Positions 27,634 through 41,260 of a DNA stretch of 64,000 bases are shown here, piece by piece. The stretch spans positions 2,449 through 66,448 of the forward strand of contig CBDCYO010000004.1 in the NCBI GenBank assembly GCA_965224255.1, written 5' to 3'. Position numbers and translations under genes: made by a program. Origin of the DNA: Dehalococcoidia bacterium. GTDB taxonomy: Bacteria; Chloroflexota; Dehalococcoidia; UBA6926. The notes beneath the pieces were generated by a model that made no database searches, was not told the origin of the DNA, and saw only the letters and a program-made list of their open reading frames with translations. Positions within the stretch are counted from its first letter, which is position 1, and the number at the start of each line of letters is the position of its first letter.

Positions 27634-28227
27634 TTACGCGGGTCTTTTTGCAGCGACATCGGGCAGCGCCAGATACCGATAGAACGTGGGCCTGGAGATG
27701 CTCAGCGTCTTGCATATCTGGTTGATGCTCAGGCCGCGGCCCTGGTGTAGGCGCTTGGCGGTGAGGACACGCGGATCGTCAGGGCGGATCGGCCGGCGGC
27801 CGCCCTTGCGGCCTCGCGCCCTTGCAGCAGCAAGCCCTGCTCGGGTGCGCTCCTGGATCAGGCGCCGCTCAAACTGTGCCAGACTCGAAAAGATGTTGAA
27901 CATCAACTCGCCCGACGCCGTGGTCGTGTCGATGGCGCCGTCGTGCAGCGACCGGAAGCCGATCCCCTTGCCCAGCAACTCTTCCACCAGCGCCACCAGG
28001 TGTGGCATCGAACGCCCCAGGCGATCCAGACGCCAGACCACCAAGGTATCCCCTGCTTCCAAGGCCTTGACGCACGCATCGAGCCCAGGCCGGTTGCCAC
28101 GAGCTCCGGATGCCTTGTCCGTATAGACGTCAGCGTCACGGCACCCCGCCGTCTTCAGGGCGTCCATCTGCAGTTGCAGGTCCTGCTCGCCGGTGCTGAC
28201 GCGGGCGTAACCGACCAACCTTCCCAT
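27634..28227 (-). CDS. tnpR: Serine resolvase
   Basis: 197 aa. MGRLVGYARVSTGEQDLQLQ. C-terminal HTH. Confidence 0.9.
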   Translation of the reverse strand: MGRLVGYARVSTGEQDLQLQMDALKTAGCRDADVYTDKASGARGNRPGLDACVKALEAGDTLVVWRLDRLGRSMPHLVALVEELLGKGIGFRSLHDGAIDTTTASGELMFNIFSSLAQFERRLIQERTRAGLAAARARGRKGGRRPIRPDDPRVLTAKRLHQGRGLSINQICKTLSISRPTFYRYLALPDVAAKRPA

Positions 28228-28384
28228 TCCGGGTCCCCCTCCCTATTTCATCTATACGCGACACCATCGGGTTGTTGATATGGTAAATGGTGAGACGCTA
28301 TGATGAAACAGATTTCAGGCCCTTTCAGGAGGTCTCGGCGGGTGTTCGCGGCTGCCTTGCAAAACGAACCTTTGATGAGACGCC

Positions 28385-30882
28385 ATGCCGGTTGAATTTC
28401 TCACCCAAGCCCAGAAGGAGCGGCACGGCCGCTTCATCGACGAGCCGTCGCCAGAGCAACTCGCGCGCCATTTTCATTTCGATGATGCGGATCATGCGCT
28501 GATCGCACGCAAGCGGGGTGCTCACAATCGCCTTGGATTTGCGATCCAGCTTGGCACCGTACGGCACCTCGGCACCTTTTTGCCCAATCCGGTTGACGTC
28601 CCCCGCCCCGTGATCACCTACGTCGGGCGTCAACTCGACCTTGATCCATCCACGAGCCTGCTTCGCTACCTGGAGCGCAAACAGACACGGCATGCCCACT
28701 GCGCCGAAATCCGGAAGGTTTACGGCTACCACGACTTCAGTGATCCCGTGTGGCGTTTCCGCCTGAGCCGCTGGCTTTATGCCCGCACCTGGCTGAGCAA
28801 TGAGCGGCCCGGCCACCTGTTCGACCTGGCGACACACTGGCTGAGACAGCGCAAGGTGCTCCTGCCCGGCGCGACGACGCTGACACGCCTGATCTCCCAA
28901 ATTCGCGAGCGGGCATCCATGCGCACCTGGCAACGCCTGGCCGCTTTGCCCAGCGACGCGCAATGTGCCCAGCTTGAGGCCCTGCTGGAGGTGCCGGATG
29001 GCGAGCGACGAAGCCTCTTCGACCGCCTGCGCCGCAGTCCGCGGCGTATCAGCAGCGCTGCCATGCGGTCGGCACTGGAGCGCTACCGGCAATTACGTCG
29101 TCTTGGCATTCGCGATCTCGACTTCTCCGGCATCCCGCCGGTCCGCTTGAAGGCACTGGCACGTTTTGCGGCAACGGGCTGGGCGCCCAGCATCGCTCGC
29201 ATGCCGGATGAGAGGCGCCGGGCAACGTTGGTTGCGTTCGCCTATGCCTACGAAGCGGAGACCCTCGACGACGCCCTGGACTTGCTCGATCTGCTGATCA
29301 CGGATATCGCCGCCAGCGCCAAAAGACGGGGCGTGAAGAAGCGCCTGCGGACCCTGCATGATCTGGACAAGGCCGCCCTCGAACTTGCCGATGTCTGTGG
29401 CGTCCTGCTCGACGAGGATTGTCCCGATGGGGAGGTGCGGACGGTGGTCTTCGCCAGACTCTCAAAAGAGCATCTGGCCCAGGCGGTCACCACAACCTAC
29501 GACGTGGCGCGGCCGCCACGGCAGAATCATCAGCCGGAGATGCTGACGCGATACCAGACGGTGCGGCGCTTTCTGCCGCACGTTCTGGAAACCGTTACCT
29601 TCCAGGCGGCGCCGGCCGGCAAGGCCGTCCTTGAAGGCATCGACTATCTGGCAAGGCTCGAAGGAAGACAAAAGCCGGAGCTCGACGGGGCGCCGCTCGA
29701 CGTCATTGATGCTGGCTGGAAACGCCTGGTCGTCGACAAGACGGGCCGCGTCAGTCAGCCTGCCTATACGTTGTGCCTGCTGGAGAGGCTGCAAGACGGC
29801 CTGCGGCGACGTGATGTCTATGTGCCGGCGAGCGACCGTTGGGGCGACCCCCGTGCCAAGCTGCTTCGCGGCTCAGGGTGGCGAGCAAAGCGACCCGTCG
29901 TCTGCCGTTCCCTGGGGCATCCCATGTCGTCCGATGCAGCTGTGGAACGGCTCAGGATCGAACTCGATGCCACCTACCGGCGGGTGGCCGACAATTTCGC
30001 CGGGAATTCGGAGGTCCGTGTCGAGTGCAAAAACGGCAAATCGACGCTCACCCTTGCCAATCTCGACAAACTCGATGAGCCGCCCAGCCTGAGCGAGCTT
30101 CGCGCACAGATCGCCGCCCTGATACCGCGTGTCGATCTCGCCGAAATCCTCCTGGAGATACAGGCCAGGACGGGCTTTGCCGATGAGTTCACCCACATCA
30201 GCGAGGCGCAGGCGCGCGCTGGCGATCTCTCGACCAGTATCTGTGCCGTCCTCCTGAGTGAAGCCTGCAACATCGGCCTGCGCGCCGTGTCGCATCGTGA
30301 GGACCCGGCACTGGTGCCCGGACGCCTCCACTGGGTCCAGCAAAATTACCTCCGCGCCGAAACCCTGAGCCGCGCCAATGCCCGTCTGGTCGACCATCAG
30401 GCCACCTTGGCGCTGGCCAACGAAATGGGTGGCGGTGAAGTGGCCTCTGCCGACGGCCTGCGCTTCGTGACGCCGGTGCGAACCCTCAACGCCGGACCGA
30501 ACCGCAAGTATTTCGGCGCCGACCGCGGCATCACCTATTACAACTTCACCTCCGATCAATATACCGGCTTCCACGGCATCGTCGTGCCCGGCACGCTGCG
30601 CGACTCCATCTATATCCTCGAAGGCCTACTGGAGCAAAAGACCAGCTTGAACCCGACGGAGATCATGGCCGATACCGCTGGTGCCAGTGACCTGGTGTTC
30701 GGCTTGTTCTGGCTGCTCGGCTATCAGTTCTCCCCGCGCCTGGCCGATGCCGGCGAGGCACGCTTCTACCAAATGGACCCGAATGCCGATTACCGCGCCC
30801 TCAATGACATCGCCCGACATCATGTCAAGACGAAGCGCATCTGGCACAACTGGGATGACATGCTGCGGGTCGCCGGCTCCCT
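28385..30882 (+). pseudogene. tnpA: Tn3-family transposase, N-terminal ~832 codons (interrupted)
   Basis: MPVEFLTQAQKERHGRF... . Homolog of 7061-10052. Reading frame resumes at 34702. Confidence 0.9.
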
Positions 30883-30949
30883 GGCCCAGTTACAACATAG
30901 CTGCTCTGAAGTGCCAAATTGACGCCGCGCCTCTGACCTCGTCCGTGTC

Positions 30950-31546
30950 TCACGTCCCCCACATGCCCTCGAACCGGACTCCGGCGACCCGCGTGTAGTG
31001 AACCGTATGCTTGGGGTCGCGGTGCCCGAGATAGTCCTGGATCAGCCTCAGGTCGTAACCCTGGTTAGCAAGGTAAAATCCGCACGAATGCCGCAGCATG
31101 TGGGAATGAAGCGCCCCGAGTCCGGCACGCCGGGAAGCGGCGCCAATGAGGTAGTTGACGGACTGCCGGGTCATCGGCTGCCCGCGTTCCGACACAAACA
31201 GCCACGGCAAGGCGTCGTGACGTGTGTGCAGGTAGCGCTTGATGGCCCGCAGTTCATCGCCGGCGATGGGGTGTTCGACAGACAGGCCATTCTTGAGTCG
31301 CCGAATCCACACCCGGGCACGTTTGAGGTTCAGGTCCTGGCGCCGCATGCGGACGGCTTCGCTGACGCGCAGGCCATGGCGAAACATCATGAGCAGCAGC
31401 AGAAAATCCCGCACGCCGTGGCGACCCTTCTTGCTCGCCTCAAGGAGCCCGTCCATTTCGCCGTCGCTGAGAAAATTGCGGGCGCGCTCATGCCCGTCCG
31501 TCAGCCGGACATCCTCACTTTTTACATTTTGCCCGTTGGACACCAT
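30950..31546 (-). CDS. FimB/FimE-like small tyrosine recombinase
   Basis: 198 aa. FRHGLRVSEA...HMLRHSCGFYLA...LGHRDPKHTVHYT gives the R..HxxR..Y pattern. Confidence 0.8.
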   Translation of the reverse strand: MVSNGQNVKSEDVRLTDGHERARNFLSDGEMDGLLEASKKGRHGVRDFLLLLMMFRHGLRVSEAVRMRRQDLNLKRARVWIRRLKNGLSVEHPIAGDELRAIKRYLHTRHDALPWLFVSERGQPMTRQSVNYLIGAASRRAGLGALHSHMLRHSCGFYLANQGYDLRLIQDYLGHRDPKHTVHYTRVAGVRFEGMWGT

Positions 31547-31641
31547 GCTTCAGCTCCTCTTTGACCCGCCTAGCAGCTTGCCTCGTTCTTCGTAACTCTT
31601 GACAAAAGGCGTGTTAGGTAAAGAGCGTGGAGCGTAACAAG

Positions 31642-34605
<2,964 letters not shown>

Positions 34606-34701
34606 CCGTCTCTGCCTCCAAAAAGGGGTTCAGAATCGAGTCGGATGAACTATAGCGAAGACCAATTTGGCACTTTAGAGCAGCTATGTTGTAACTGGGC
34701 C

Positions 34702-35211
34702 TCCCTGAAGCTCGGTACCGTGCAGGCCTCGGAACTGGTACGCTCTTTTCTGAGAAGCGAACGGCCCTCCAGCCTGGCAAGCGCGATCATGGAACTGGGA
34801 CGCATCAACAAGACCATCTACCTGCTCAACTATATCGACGACGCGGCCTATCGTCGGCGTATCCTCACACAGATCAATCGCGGCGAAGGCCGCCATCGGG
34901 TGATCCGGGCCATCTGCTACGGCAAGCGCGGCGAAATCCGAAAGCCTTATCGCCAAGGTCAGGAAGACCAACTCAGCGCGCTCGGCCTGGTCACCAATGC
35001 GGTCGTGCTCTGGAACACGATCTACATGGAAGCCGCCCTGAATCATCTGAGGGCCCAGGGCATCAAGATCCGACCGGCGGACTTGGCGCGACTCTCACCC
35101 CTGATACACAAGCACATCCATGTGCTCGGACGCTATGCCTTCACACTCCCCGAACCGATTGCCAACGGCGCCTTGCGTCCCCTCAATCAGGAAGAACTCG
35201 ACGACCCTTAG
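34702..35211 (+). pseudogene. tnpA: Tn3-family transposase, C-terminal part
   Basis: SLKLGTVQASELVRSFL... continues ...RVAGS from 30880. The TAG stop lies inside the right IR. Confidence 0.9.
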
Positions 35212-35244
35212 CGCAACTTTTCGTTCCAATGATTGTCACGGCCC
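35207..35244. repeat. Right 38-bp IR of the Tn3-family element
   Basis: CTTAGCGCAACTTTTCGTTCCAATGATTGTCACGGCCC. Confidence 0.9.
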
Positions 35245-35264
35245 AGATAGAGGCCCGTACAGAG

Positions 35265-35429
35265 AAGCACCAAAAAGTGTGGGGCAATCAGGCAGCGCAC
35301 AGTTCAACTTCAACCGACCTGGCCCCGGCCTTCAGCCGGATACCACTGCTCGAACTTCCCCGCAGCGTGCCGTCAAGGGTTCGCGTCCGGACTTGCAGCA
35401 TGAGATGCACCCCACAGTTTTTGGTGCTC
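35265..35429. mobile_element. MITE-like element, copy 2
   Basis: GAAGCACCAAAAAGTGTGGGGCAATCAGGCAGCGCA ... CCCCACAGTTTTTGGTGCTC. Confidence 0.55.
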
Positions 35430-35609
35430 TCCTGGTTGGGAGCCGTCCGCAGAATACCTGTGCCCCAGCTTGGGACACTCGACCTCCGGTTGCCCATGTT
35501 GGGAGGGATCCCATAGCGGACGACCAAAATTTCCACACTCCAGGTATTATGCTATCCTTCTGCTGACGGGGTGCTGTCCTGCTCAGGTGCATAAAAGGGG
35601 AGGAGCAAA

Positions 35610-36884
35610 ATGAGCATTGGCGAATATGCAAGACGTTACATAACCAGGGTAGTCACGAGTCTGGCGATGTTCCTGGCCGTTATGTTCCTGGCCTCCTGCG
35701 ATGGGGATGGAGGATCGCCGCAGATCAGCGAGCCGCTGAAGATTGGCTATCTTGCCGACTTTTCGGGACCCCTCAAAGAGTTCGCATCAGGGATACAAGA
35801 GGGTGTTGAGCTGGCCATCGATCATATCAATGAAGGGGGTGGGGTAAATGGCCACGATGTGGTCCTGCTCGTCGGCGATACTGCCTTGCAGAGAGAACAA
35901 GCAGTTGCAGAGGCGAAACGGCTTATCGAGGTTGAAGGCGTCGCCGCCATTGTAGGACCTTTGGCAAGCTCTAGCGCCTTGGCGATTGTGGAGGTAGCTG
36001 TCGAAGCGAAGGTGCCCTTCATTTCTCCGTCCGCCACATCACCTGGCATCAGCGACGTGAACGACAGTGATTATCTATTCCGTGCGCCGTTGTCGGATGC
36101 TGCCCAAGGGAAGGTGTTGGCTGCTCTTGTGACCGAAGATGGAGTAAACAACGTAGGGATTCTATATCTCGACGACGCATACGGCCGAGGACTTCTCGAA
36201 CACTTCAAGAATGCCTACGCTGGCACAGTCGCCGAGGTTCCTCACGATGCGAAGCCCGAGGGGTCTTCTTACCTCAACGAGTTGCGACGGGCTCAACGTC
36301 ACGGTGCCCAATACCTCATCGCGATGGGACATGCGGGGCAGGCCGTGGATTATGTACCGGAAGCCATACATGAAGGGATTTTCACTCAGTTTTACTTCGT
36401 GGACGGCACCCGCTCGGAGCATTTGATCAATGCGGCTGGTGCGGACAATCTGGAGGGATTCAAAGGGACAGTGCTATCAGGCGACGACATGAGTCTTTCG
36501 CACGAACTCTTCCAGGAAGCATTTATGGCGCGACACGACCGCGTCCCGACTCTACCTTTTATACGGGAAGCCTATGACGCGACGGCAGCCTTGGCGCTTG
36601 CGGCCGAGAAGGCGGGCAGCGTTGATGGAACGGCGATCAGAGACGCGCTGCGGTCCATTGCTTCCCCGGACGGTGAAACAATTCGGCCAGGTATCGCCCA
36701 CCTGAGCCGTGGTCTCGACCTTGTGCGAGGCGATATGGATATCAATTACGAAGGCGCTGCCTCTAGCCTCGACTGGAACGCTGATGGAGATGTGGTCAGC
36801 GGCTTTGTAAGCATCTGGGCCTACCAGAACGGAGAGATTGTGGAACTGGAAACGGTGCCGGTGGATCTGAGTCAGGACGAATAG
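35610..36884 (+). CDS. ABC-transporter substrate-binding lipoprotein (LivK/Peripla_BP_6-like)
   Basis: 424 aa. Lipobox FLASC. IGYLADFSGPL..GGVNGHDVVLLVGDT..VAAIVGPLASS. Confidence 0.8.
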   Translation: MSIGEYARRYITRVVTSLAMFLAVMFLASCDGDGGSPQISEPLKIGYLADFSGPLKEFASGIQEGVELAIDHINEGGGVNGHDVVLLVGDTALQREQAVAEAKRLIEVEGVAAIVGPLASSSALAIVEVAVEAKVPFISPSATSPGISDVNDSDYLFRAPLSDAAQGKVLAALVTEDGVNNVGILYLDDAYGRGLLEHFKNAYAGTVAEVPHDAKPEGSSYLNELRRAQRHGAQYLIAMGHAGQAVDYVPEAIHEGIFTQFYFVDGTRSEHLINAAGADNLEGFKGTVLSGDDMSLSHELFQEAFMARHDRVPTLPFIREAYDATAALALAAEKAGSVDGTAIRDALRSIASPDGETIRPGIAHLSRGLDLVRGDMDINYEGAASSLDWNADGDVVSGFVSIWAYQNGEIVELETVPVDLSQDE

Positions 36885-36910
36885 AGCCAATTCCTCGCTT
36901 CCCACCCAGG

Positions 36911-36946
36911 GAGTGCCAAAAAGTGGGAGCGCTCAGGCAGCGCATA
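36911..36946. repeat. Solo MITE-type terminal repeat
   Basis: GAGTGCCAAAAAGTGGGAGCGCTCAGGCAGCGCATA with no nearby inverted partner. Confidence 0.5.
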
Positions 36947-37418
36947 GACGAATGCCTCCCAGCACAGCCTCAGCTGCGGGATGCCATGCAACTAGTCATG
37001 GCTGGCAACTCCTCTCCCTCGATCCAGTACACCCCGTTACGTAATGGGACAGTTCTGACAAGTCTTCATTCTGTTAACTTTGCATCCGCGCCGTTGCTGG
37101 GCGAAACGCTATTCGCAACCGGCTCCCCATCGCAAAATTCCCGCCCCTGGAAACGACGTAGACCTTGCCTCAAAACGGTGCGACGAGTCTGGCTTGAAAG
37201 GGCTGCCGTCAGCTCCTGAGTGGGGTGCGAGTGGGGGATTCCGCGACGTCGCGCCACTGGCCGCGGCGGCAGGTGCAGATGCCGATCCAGGTCCTGCGCA
37301 GGCCCTCACAGGCTGCCCGGGCAGGTTGAATTGACGGAACTTTGGGACGGCGGGGTCGGAAACCCGGGATCGTCTTCCTGGAGGCAAAGACCTGGCCGGG
37401 TTTTCCGAGTCAAGGTCG

Positions 37419-37543
37419 GCGGACAATTCCCGCCGGGGGCGGTTTTGCCCCCTTGTCCATTACACTACCCCCTCTGAAAGAACGTGCTACAGGCCATCCT
37501 GGGCGGCCGTTTTCGGCGCTCGCGGCGCCAGGGGCCCTTCCCG
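37419..37543. repeat. ~125-bp GC-rich dispersed repeat, copy R1 (inverted orientation)
   Basis: Its reverse complement aligns with 42901-43025: GGGAAGGG..CAGGATGGCCTGTAGC..GGGGTAGT..AAGGGGGCAAAA. Confidence 0.6.
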
Positions 37544-37550
37544 GGGTAGA

Positions 37551-38030
37551 TTAAGGGAGTACCAAAAAGTGTGGGGCAACTGCGGATCTGTGTACGCAAG
37601 GGAAATTCGAGCCGTGGTGCCGAGGCCGAAGGTGTTTGGGATCGAGCGCCTGAAACTGAGACATGCGGCGTCTGAATGGCCCCCACTTTTTGGCACCCTC
37701 CAGGGGGACCGCCTCTTCCAGTTTCCGTGCGGCTTCACCCTTTGCCTCCTGCGCAGTTGCTAGCGGTATGCATCGCTGGGAACGGGCGATCCGTACGACC
37801 AGGATACGGGTACGTTCATCGTCTATCTCGGCCATGATGCGATAATTTCCGACACGGTAACGCCACAGATCACCATACCGTGTCCCCTGCATCGCAATGC
37901 CAAGCTGGCGCGGATTGTCCATGCCGGCCAATCGGACCTCCAGGAAATCCCGAAGCCGTCGCTGCACCTGCCGATCCAGGCGGCGAACGGACTTCTGGAC
38001 GCTTTCGGCGTACTCAATCCTCCAGGCCAC
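37551..38030 (-). CDS. RelE/ParE-family toxin with an abnormal ~65-aa C-terminal extension
   Basis: The first ~90 aa are typical (WRYRVGNYRIMAEIDDERTRILVVRI). The ORF then reads through the MITE at 37557-37700. Confidence 0.65.
   Translation of the reverse strand: MAWRIEYAESVQKSVRRLDRQVQRRLRDFLEVRLAGMDNPRQLGIAMQGTRYGDLWRYRVGNYRIMAEIDDERTRILVVRIARSQRCIPLATAQEAKGEAARKLEEAVPLEGAKKWGPFRRRMSQFQALDPKHLRPRHHGSNFPCVHRSAVAPHFLVLP
37557..37700. mobile_element. MITE-like element, copy 3
   Basis: GAGTACCAAAAAGTGTGGGGCA ... GGCCCCCACTTTTTGGCACCC. Confidence 0.55.
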
Positions 38031-38205
38031 GCCACATTTCTTCCGCGCTCAGGGTTTTTTCCTCTCCCTTGCGAATGCGCTCCAGCACGTGTTCGGCCAG
38101 ATAGACATCTTCCATGTCCTCGATTTTCTCAAGGATCCCCTTGCGGACAAGGGCGGGCTGGGACTCAAGCACCAATCGGAGTCCTTTTTTTGGGCTTATA
38201 GCCAT
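38014..38205 (-). CDS. Putative cognate antitoxin (63 aa)
   Basis: Overlaps the toxin start by 17 nt. Small acidic protein. Confidence 0.5.
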   Translation of the reverse strand: MAISPKKGLRLVLESQPALVRKGILEKIEDMEDVYLAEHVLERIRKGEEKTLSAEEMWRGLED

Positions 38206-38246
38206 GTTGCCGCAGGTCAGACCGCGGCTTGTCTTGTTCGGCGCGT

Positions 38247-38588
38247 CTATGCCGGCCGGTTGATTCGGACCAATCGGCCAGTCCAGTCTGAGTACGTCTC
38301 CAATTCCCTGTGGATGCGACCGGCAAGCGCCTCGAAGTCCGGGTCGTAGGTGCAGACAATGATGCCGCGGTGGTCGGGCATCGCCTGATGCAGACGGATG
38401 AAATGGCGGCGATTGAGGGTAAGCACGATCCGCGACTCGGCGGTCGCGAATGCCAAGATGTCTTCATCCGACACGGCCTGACCGGCCTTGCCGCTTTCGT
38501 AGGTGGTCAACAGGTTGTGGCCCAACTCCCGCAAGGCATCGACAACCGGTAGCGGGAAATTCTCATTGGCGTAGCAATCTGCCATCAA
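38247..38588 (-). CDS. DUF5615-type PIN-like protein (putative toxin)
   Basis: 113 aa. ANENFPLPVVDALRELGHNL...SDEDILAFATAESRIVLTLNRRHF. Confidence 0.7.
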   Translation of the reverse strand: MMADCYANENFPLPVVDALRELGHNLLTTYESGKAGQAVSDEDILAFATAESRIVLTLNRRHFIRLHQAMPDHRGIIVCTYDPDFEALAGRIHRELETYSDWTGRLVRINRPA

Positions 38589-38914
38589 GCCGCCTCGTTG
38601 TCGCGAATCTGTCGGTCCATTTCCTCAGCATGCGAGCGGGCATAGGCCCAGGCATTGGCCAGATCCTCCACCCGCAGGGTGGGGTAGCTCCGCAAAATGT
38701 CAATGTCGCTCGTCCCGAGCCGCCGCGCCTGCACCAGAAGCCAGACCGGAATGCGGGTCCGAACCACGCACGCTTCGCCGCCACACACCTCCGGACGGCT
38801 TTCGACACCGGGAAAGGCATCGCCCAGATCCTGGACTACCCACTGAAGCAGTTGGGCTTTTTCGACCCGGCTCAGCGTCGCTACAAACTGTTCCGTTTCC
38901 TGATGCGTTGGCAT
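38585..38914 (-). CDS. DUF433-domain protein (putative antitoxin)
   Basis: 109 aa from an internal ATG. CGGEACVVRTRIPVWLLV...ILRSYPTLRVEDLANAWAY. 4-nt overlap with the downstream gene. Confidence 0.7.
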   Translation of the reverse strand: MPTHQETEQFVATLSRVEKAQLLQWVVQDLGDAFPGVESRPEVCGGEACVVRTRIPVWLLVQARRLGTSDIDILRSYPTLRVEDLANAWAYARSHAEEMDRQIRDNEAA

Positions 38915-39056
38915 GATCGATCCTCGTCGTTCACATCGCGTGGGGCATCCTACCACGCATAACCGGCAACGCGCAGAATTGGAGGGGCCCGCTCTTGCCC
39001 GAATTTGCGAGGTGCGAGATCGCCATGCGGCCGCCGGGTGCCGCACCTGCACATAG

Positions 39057-39632
39057 CTATGACACCGGATTCAACTCCAGCCGGTCCGTGCTCAAATCCA
39101 GAAACTCGATATTGTCCCGGCATGCCCAGTGGAGCAAGGTGCCGGGAGGCGTCGGGTTGCTGGCAAAGGCCAGGCAGGCCAGGTCGTACTGCGTCTCGGT
39201 CGTGGTGGAGTACCGAACACGCGGGAGATGCGCTTTCACGTAAAAGAGCACGTCTTGTCCCATCTCGGAGCGAAAGGCCGTCGCCCGTCCGGTCGAGCTC
39301 AGGGCAAAGAAGAAATAGTCCTCGTCTTCAAGCATGCGCTCCAGGACGGCCTGCACCAGCGGGTTGTTCGGATTGATCAACAGGTTCCAGGTCCGAAATC
39401 CATAGAACGCGAAGGCAAGGTGGATCACTTCGAAGGCGTCGCCGCCCAGCAGGGAATGCCCGAGCCGGAAGCCTCTGGCCGTCACCTCCGAGGGGATGTC
39501 CGCATCGAGGTGCAGGGCCACAAAGCCGCTTTGCCGCCCGTTTTCTTCGACGAGGCCAAGGGCGCCGCAGGGTGGCTCGGCGTCCATGAAGTCGTACATG
39601 AAGGAGCGATTGACGGTCAGGACGGGAAGCAT
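39057..39632 (-). CDS. Hypothetical protein (191 aa)
   Basis: Clean ORF with balanced composition and no motif I recognise. Confidence 0.5.
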   Translation of the reverse strand: MLPVLTVNRSFMYDFMDAEPPCGALGLVEENGRQSGFVALHLDADIPSEVTARGFRLGHSLLGGDAFEVIHLAFAFYGFRTWNLLINPNNPLVQAVLERMLEDEDYFFFALSSTGRATAFRSEMGQDVLFYVKAHLPRVRYSTTTETQYDLACLAFASNPTPPGTLLHWACRDNIEFLDLSTDRLELNPVS

Positions 39633-39894
39633 GTCGGGTCTCCGAACAAGGGGGGCTGTCAGGACAGGGGATAAACCGGCTCACGCGAAAGCGTCAAGCG
39701 CTTCGATTTCTGGTACTGCTCTCTCTTTGCGGCGTCCGTCGGCTGTGGTGACGGGCGCCTCCTCCAGGGTCGCGCAATGGTGCCGGAACGCCGTCAGGCC
39801 CATCTGTCGGAACGAGGCCATGCCTGCAGCCGGCTGTCGTGCTACCTTTGCAGGCATACGATCCCGTCCATGCCCAACCGTCGAGGGAGCATTC

Positions 39895-40320
39895 ATGCCC
39901 AACCGGAATTTAACCAACACCACCAGGCTGAAGGCGCGCGAACTGCTCAGGCGGCTGCGGACGCGCTTCCCGGTGCTGTTCCCTGTCGACCGCAGCGCCC
40001 TGAAGCCCTGGGCCATGGGCGAGGGCTATCGCATGCGGCAGGCCCTGGCCGAAGCCAAGGACGGCGAGCAAGTCTCCAACCAGGTGTGGCGCGTGGCCAT
40101 CAACCTGTGGTTCCACGGCAATCTCGAACGCCGGGTAGCCTACTTCAAGTGCCTGACCGAGGGGGCGCCGCGCTACGACCTGCACGGCAACGTGTCGGGC
40201 GAAGTGAGTACCGAAGAAGCGGCGCACGCCGCCGCGGAGTTGGTCGAGCTCAGGTCGGCAGGGCGCCCGCAGGCCAAGGCGGGAAAGGCGCCAGCCGAAC
40301 AGCCGGCAATCCCTGCCTGA
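39895..40320 (+). CDS. ProQ/FinO-family RNA chaperone
   Basis: 141 aa. ELLRRLRTRFPVLFP..LKPWAMG...RYDLHGNVSGEV matches the ProQ/FinO domain pattern. Confidence 0.7.
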   Translation: MPNRNLTNTTRLKARELLRRLRTRFPVLFPVDRSALKPWAMGEGYRMRQALAEAKDGEQVSNQVWRVAINLWFHGNLERRVAYFKCLTEGAPRYDLHGNVSGEVSTEEAAHAAAELVELRSAGRPQAKAGKAPAEQPAIPA

Positions 40321-40654
40321 CACCGCAGGAAACGCCGGGCTACGGTCCTTTTCGCCGGGCGTCGGGGAATGGCCTCTCCAGACACGGCGCAAACACGCGC
40401 TGCAGCCTCTCGGCCGTCACGACCCGCCTCTCCAGAAAATGTGTGTATGGGCGAAGCATACCCCGCACGCCCACGTCCGGCAAGGCCAGACAACACGCCG
40501 GGCCGGCTACCCGGGTGGCTGTGCCATCCAGGGGCGGCCGACCCCGTATCAGCTGACGCCTGCGAATCCGTCTGCCGAAAAAGGGCACCTGGCCCGATTG
40601 GTGTAAAAAGGCACGCCAAGAATTCTAGATATATAAGAAGAAAGCCATCCTGCC

Positions 40655-40816
40655 ATGAAACCCGTCTTCAAGATCCTGCTCGTCGCGCTCGTTGCCGGCA
40701 TGTTCACAAGCGGCTGCATGCTGGTCACCATGCCCATCATGACGTTTGAAGCCTGGCGAAACGCCGGCAAGAAACCCTGCCCGCCGCCGAACCAACACCG
40801 CATGTGCCGCCAATAA
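40655..40816 (+). CDS. Small lipoprotein (53 aa)
   Basis: MKPVFKILLVALVAGMFTSGC is a signal peptide plus lipobox. Too short for the ORF track. Confidence 0.45.
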   Translation: MKPVFKILLVALVAGMFTSGCMLVTMPIMTFEAWRNAGKKPCPPPNQHRMCRQ

Positions 40817-40862
40817 CCCCTCGCCAAGAGGTTCGACCGTTCCATGACCCAGACATCCAGGC

Positions 40863-40925
40863 GGGCGTTTCCGGTTTCGAGTTCCTTGCGGCCTTTGACC
40901 TGACTGATCTTGAGGCCGCCGAACG
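40863..40925 (-). pseudogene. IS3 OrfA remnant
   Basis: About 60 bp similar to 5222-5284 (FGGLKISQVK.RKELET.NARL). Confidence 0.55.
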
Positions 40926-40999
40926 CCGGTCGCCTCAGTTGCCGGGTGACGTCTGGCAAAATTGTTGCCGGTAACGACATGGATAATTGAGACGAGAAA

Positions 41000-41260
41000 T
41001 CCCCGAGGCCGCGCGGACGCCATGACGATCATGGTACCCGCGCCGCCCCGGTGGGTTATTCCGCTCTTGGAAGGCTGCCATCGCAACCGTCCGCGCCGAT
41101 GGCAGGCAGGTTGGAGGCGGCTCCCGTTGACGCTTCACTGGCCGCCATCCTGGTGGCAGCCTCCACGTCGTTTATTTTACGCCGCCTTGAGCAACAGACG
41201 GCGACCACTCTCCTCACAGGCTCAGCGCTTCGCCATAATGCTGCAAGTTGAGGGCGGCGT
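41000..41260 (-). ncRNA. Candidate omega-RNA / right-end region of the TnpB element
   Basis: Lies at and after the tnpB 3' end. Hairpins TGCCATCG..CGATGGCA and GGAGGC..GCCTCC. Boundaries not determined. Confidence 0.35.
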
